This document shows positions 63,468 to 64,000 of a stretch of DNA of 64,000 nt, piece by piece. This DNA comes from Mobula hypostoma (taxonomy: Eukaryota). Positions within the stretch are counted from its first letter, which is position 1. Every line of letters begins with the position of its first letter. The notes beneath the pieces were generated by a model. It was given only the letters and a program-made list of their open reading frames with translations. It did no database searches and had not been told where the DNA came from. A program made the translations under genes and the position numbers. The stretch spans positions 15,996,001 through 16,060,000 of the forward strand of contig NC_086108.1 in NCBI RefSeq assembly GCF_963921235.1, in the 5' to 3' direction.

Positions 63468-63915
63468 ACGAGAAGATCTGCAGATGCTGGAAATCCAAGC
63501 AACTCTCACAAAATGCTGGAGGAACTCAGCAGGCCAGGCAGCATCGATGGAAAAGAATAAACAGGCAATGTTTCAGGCCGAGTTTCTTCACCAGGACTGG
63601 AGAAATAGATGAGGTTACAGCAAAAAGGTGGAGCGAGGGGATGGAAAAGTACAAGGTGGGAGATGATAGGTGAAACCCGGAGAGGGGGAGAGGTGAAGTA
63701 AAGAGCTGGGAAGCTAATGGGTGAAAGAGATAAAGGGCTGGAGATGGGGGTATCTGATAGGAGAGGGTAGAAGACCATGGAAGAAAGGGAAGGGGGAGGA
63801 GCATCAGAGGGCAGAGATGGGCAGTCAAGGCGATGAGGTGAGAGAAGGAAACGGGATAGGAATGATGAAGGTGGGGAGGGCAATTACCAGAAGTTTGATC
63901 AATGTGCATGCCATC
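63468..63915 (-). mobile_element. Penelope-like element 3' terminal fragment
   Basis: Reverse complement of the repeat at about 3450-3862. Confidence 0.85.
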
Positions 63916-64000
63916 AACAATAGAGGAAAGGTGCCCACTAAATTTGATCACCTGCCCCAACCGGAAATGCCTTCTGAAAACCTGCAAATTGATTTTGTAC
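63910..64000 (+). mobile_element. Retrovirus-like integrase fragment, running off the window
   Basis: Reads AINNRGKVPTKFDHLPQPEMPSENLQIDFV, resembling the linker and first catalytic Asp motif of retroviral integrases. Confidence 0.5.

Noticed and set aside
1..64000. CRISPR arrays, operons or prokaryotic defence systems
   Set aside because: No regularly spaced repeat-spacer array or prokaryotic gene organisation. All RT domains belong to eukaryotic retroelements.

Overview
Repeat-dense eukaryotic DNA. The mix of CR1 LINEs, Rex1/Babar LINEs, Penelope-like elements, HE1-like SINEs and a Gmr1-type Gypsy element suggests a cartilaginous fish; this is inference only. Nearly all ORFs in the track are retroelement fragments or their antisense shadows, and I recognise no cellular protein-coding gene. 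The main non-repeat signal is a CpG-rich bidirectional promoter at about 16.75-17.05 kb. On the + strand it appears to drive a spliced, apparently non-coding transcript (about 17.0-34.2 kb). Its introns hold four dispersed box C/D snoRNA copies with the SNORD105-type guide against 18S rRNA (Um799 in human numbering): two intact, one with a guide mismatch and one with mutated boxes. On the - strand there is a divergent spliced transcript of unknown identity. Other notable items are an LTR-bounded, internally deleted Gmr1-like Gypsy element with a related solo LTR, a candidate HDV-like ribozyme fold, degenerate Penelope hammerhead motifs, a fold-back Penelope insertion, nested insertions with target-site duplications (TSDs), a decayed hAT transposon and a retrovirus-like integrase fragment. 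Repeat boundaries are approximate unless a TSD is quoted.
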